Assembly (NCBI RefSeq): GCF_000281045.1
Contig: NW_008246138.1
Span: forward strand, 222,734-270,213
Direction of reading: 5' to 3'
DNA from: Saprolegnia diclina VS20
Taxonomy: Eukaryota
Length of the DNA: 47,480 nucleotides
The translations under genes and the position numbers were made by a program. How positions within the stretch are numbered: the stretch's first letter is position 1; each line of letters opens with the position of its first letter. Shown here piece after piece: positions 45,101 through 47,480 of the stretch. The notes beneath the pieces were generated by a model. It did not search any database and had not been told where the DNA came from. It saw only the letters and a program-made list of their open reading frames with translations.

Positions 45101-46706
45101 ATCGACAACGGCACGCTAGCCGCGTCGCCGACGAACGAGTTGGCGCTACTGCGCTCGTCCCTCGGGCCATTCAACGCTGTCGACATGATATTTCTCCTGC
45201 CGCCAGCCCGTGCTATGCGCCTCTACGCTGACTTTACGACGGCGATAGCAGCGCTCACAACGTCCAACCTCTCGGCCCAAACCGCGTACCTACGATTGCC
45301 CATCACGGCACTGGCGACCGAGGCGTCAACGCACATCCCTTCTATAAGCACGAGTGGCGACAACAACCAGTGGACCCAGCCCTTTGCGTTCGGCGGGAGC
45401 TTACCGAATGGCAACGCGACATTGTCTTATGCAGTAAGCCCAACCAGAGACCAGATGCTTTTTGCTGTCGTCGGGCTTGTGCCGGACCGACGTTGTCAAC
45501 TGCGCCTCCGACTATGCGACAATCGCGGCCTTTGTCGCTACACACAATGCCAGCTTGGCCCCCGCCATGGTCTCGAGTGCTTCAACCGCCGACGCAATGA
45601 CGGCGCTTGGCGTTAGCGTGCTGCAGTTTGCCTACGTCGGCGTAGGTCGCGCACCCGCTATGCTCCAACAACCGCTCTTTGGCTCCAGCGATGCTGCGTG
45701 GACGTTCTATGGCTGGCTTCTGCTCTGCGAGTGGATCGATGGCCGGCGTGAGGTCATACGCTTCGATGGCGACCACGGAAGCCTATCTGTCATCAGCCAC
45801 AGCGTCAGCGCGGTGTTAATGACACCCGACGCGTCTCACATCCCACACACGTACAGCTATAACTTTCTCCAGGCACTAGTGTACGTCTCTACGGTTCTGG
45901 TCGCGATTGCTGCCGTCGTGCTCGTGTACGCCCTCGTCGCCCGTGGGCGCATCGACGGCCGCAACCTCTTTGAGATTAACCGTTCCGTGGGTATCGCCTG
46001 GATCGGCCGCAGCTTCCTCCTCGTGCGCAGCGTCACGGCGCTCTGCCTCCTCAACACACAGACGCTGCTGCTCGCCCGCCGTGGCGAAGGAGCCCTCTTG
46101 AACGCGGTGTCCGCGCCGTGGTACAACCAGATCTTGGCGGCCAGCGAAGCTACATGGCTCGTCTACGTCCTCAACGACGCTTTCAGTTGCATCACACAAC
46201 AGTACACAGCCACGTACGCGCCAAAAAGTGCGCTCCTGACGTGGGTCTGCACGGTGCTTCACTCTGTCTTTTCACCACTTGGCGAGGTCGCGAGCCTCTC
46301 TCGGCAGTGCGCTCTCGTCGACATGGACAGCGGTCTCGAGTGCGTCAGTGGCCGCATTCCCATCGGAAGCTTCGACCGACTCCAAACATCGATTCTTATC
46401 GTACTGACCTGCATGGCGTTAACGTTTGGCTATGACCGTTGGACGCCAGCGCCAGCTCTCGCGCTGCCAACTCTCGTGCTCAATTCGCAGAGTTTCTACG
46501 CGCTTTTTCTCGATGTCTCGGAGGGCGAGTACCTGATCGACTGTGCGTCCGCGGCCATGGCCGGCCTCCTCACGCTGAACTACAGCGGCACGTGGCACAT
46601 CCTCGACGTCAAGGCGTGGCGCGTCGTCTCGATCCCGGCAAAGTCGCACGGAGATGACCTCGAAGCGAAGCGATACAAGTACTACGTGCCGCTCTGTCAG
46701 ATCTAG
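42184..46706 (+). pseudogene. Frameshifted member of a Saprolegniales-type large multi-TM family with two internal repeat modules
   Basis: Duplicated motifs NDYFW/NDFFW, YCWLDL..RW.MA, W....REVI...GD, NR.V......R.LL.R..TA. Frame switches at about 42257, 42555, 42615, 43250 and 45475, and the first module has a large deletion. Confidence 0.7.
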
Positions 46707-47480
46707 CGGTCAAGTGGACGTGAAGTGACGCCCGATCCCAATAGAGCGCGACATGTGTACAAGAAGTAGCCTACGCGAAACACGAAATCACGACAACAAA
46801 CACGCTTTACCATGCAATCGAAAACCAAACAGAAGCTGAAGCGTGCGTCGGTGGTGGTCCGTTAGAACGTACATGTACGTTTCGGCCAACAGCACCATGT
46901 TGGTTGCGTGAGCGCATTCGGCTGAAAAAGATCGCACTCGTCGCAGCACAGCTCTGGACCACGCTTGAGCATGTTGAAGAATACACGCGTCGTATATCAA
47001 GTTAGCAATGTATTAACCAAGCCGCGGATACGAGTTTTTTTGCTCGTCGTCAATGATAACCTGTCTTATGCTGCATTGTCATCAAGGAGGTTGGTTACGA
47101 TAGCGTCCACAGCGGCAGCCATACCGCGGTTGTTTGACAAGTCTTGCTGCCGGTGGAGCTGCAGGTAGAAATCGGCACTGAATATGCGTCCTGCTTGCTC
47201 CAACTTTTCTATTGCTTCCTTGCGGCCCAAACAGAACCCTTTGCCCTTGCGAGCCTGAGCCGCGTTGGGTGGGCTTTGATGGCGCCACATACCACTGCGC
47301 AGAGCCCCGTTAAGCGCTTGACATGACAAACCATCGCACCACAAGCCAGAAAAATAACTGGAACATCTTCAAGCATTTGTAAAAGAGAGGCTCAAGACTA
47401 TATCATCCATCGCATCCTTCCTTTCAAATGGCATCATGACTCGTGATGCCGCAAATAGTGCAATTCGGCATCACTTTGGA

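Noticed and set aside
46866..46881. Perfect 16-bp palindrome AACGTACATGTACGTT
   Set aside because: Roughly one such palindrome is expected by chance in 47 kb; no supporting context.
47000..47480. Possible gene or transposon remnant on the minus strand
   Set aside because: Short, interrupted by stops, no recognisable domain, and truncated by the window end.

Overview
Gene-dense, GC-rich eukaryotic DNA with many short (mostly 40-55 nt) GT-AG introns, oomycete INR+FPR and CCAAT promoter elements, EPIC-type cystatins and a Saprolegniales-type multi-TM family. It is most consistent with an oomycete such as Saprolegnia (inference). I rebuilt about 27 loci by hand. Clear housekeeping genes: TIM50, IFT81, RPA3, VPS35, RNR1, an MST/STE20 kinase, cyclin T/K, an F-box/LRR protein, a CLAMP/CFAP119-like protein and LSM10. 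The most striking segment is 26.8-33.4 kb, four adjacent intron-containing genes of bacterial type: a Rieske protein, a LarA-superfamily (nickel-pincer) racemase/epimerase with its catalytic residues intact, a soluble SthA transhydrogenase carrying a mitochondrial-type presequence, and a Glk glucokinase with a C-terminal membrane anchor. Other highlights are a PDHX-like protein with a KGD4/MRPS36-like motif in place of the PSBD, a PWWP-MPN/JAMM fusion, a PARTING DANCERS/SPO16-like gene missed by the ORF track, a recurrent TCCGGATA promoter motif, E2F-type sites before RPA3 and RNR1, a GACTAA microrepeat and a frameshifted pseudogene. Family assignments rest on motif recognition from memory, not database searches; exon boundaries are manual predictions.
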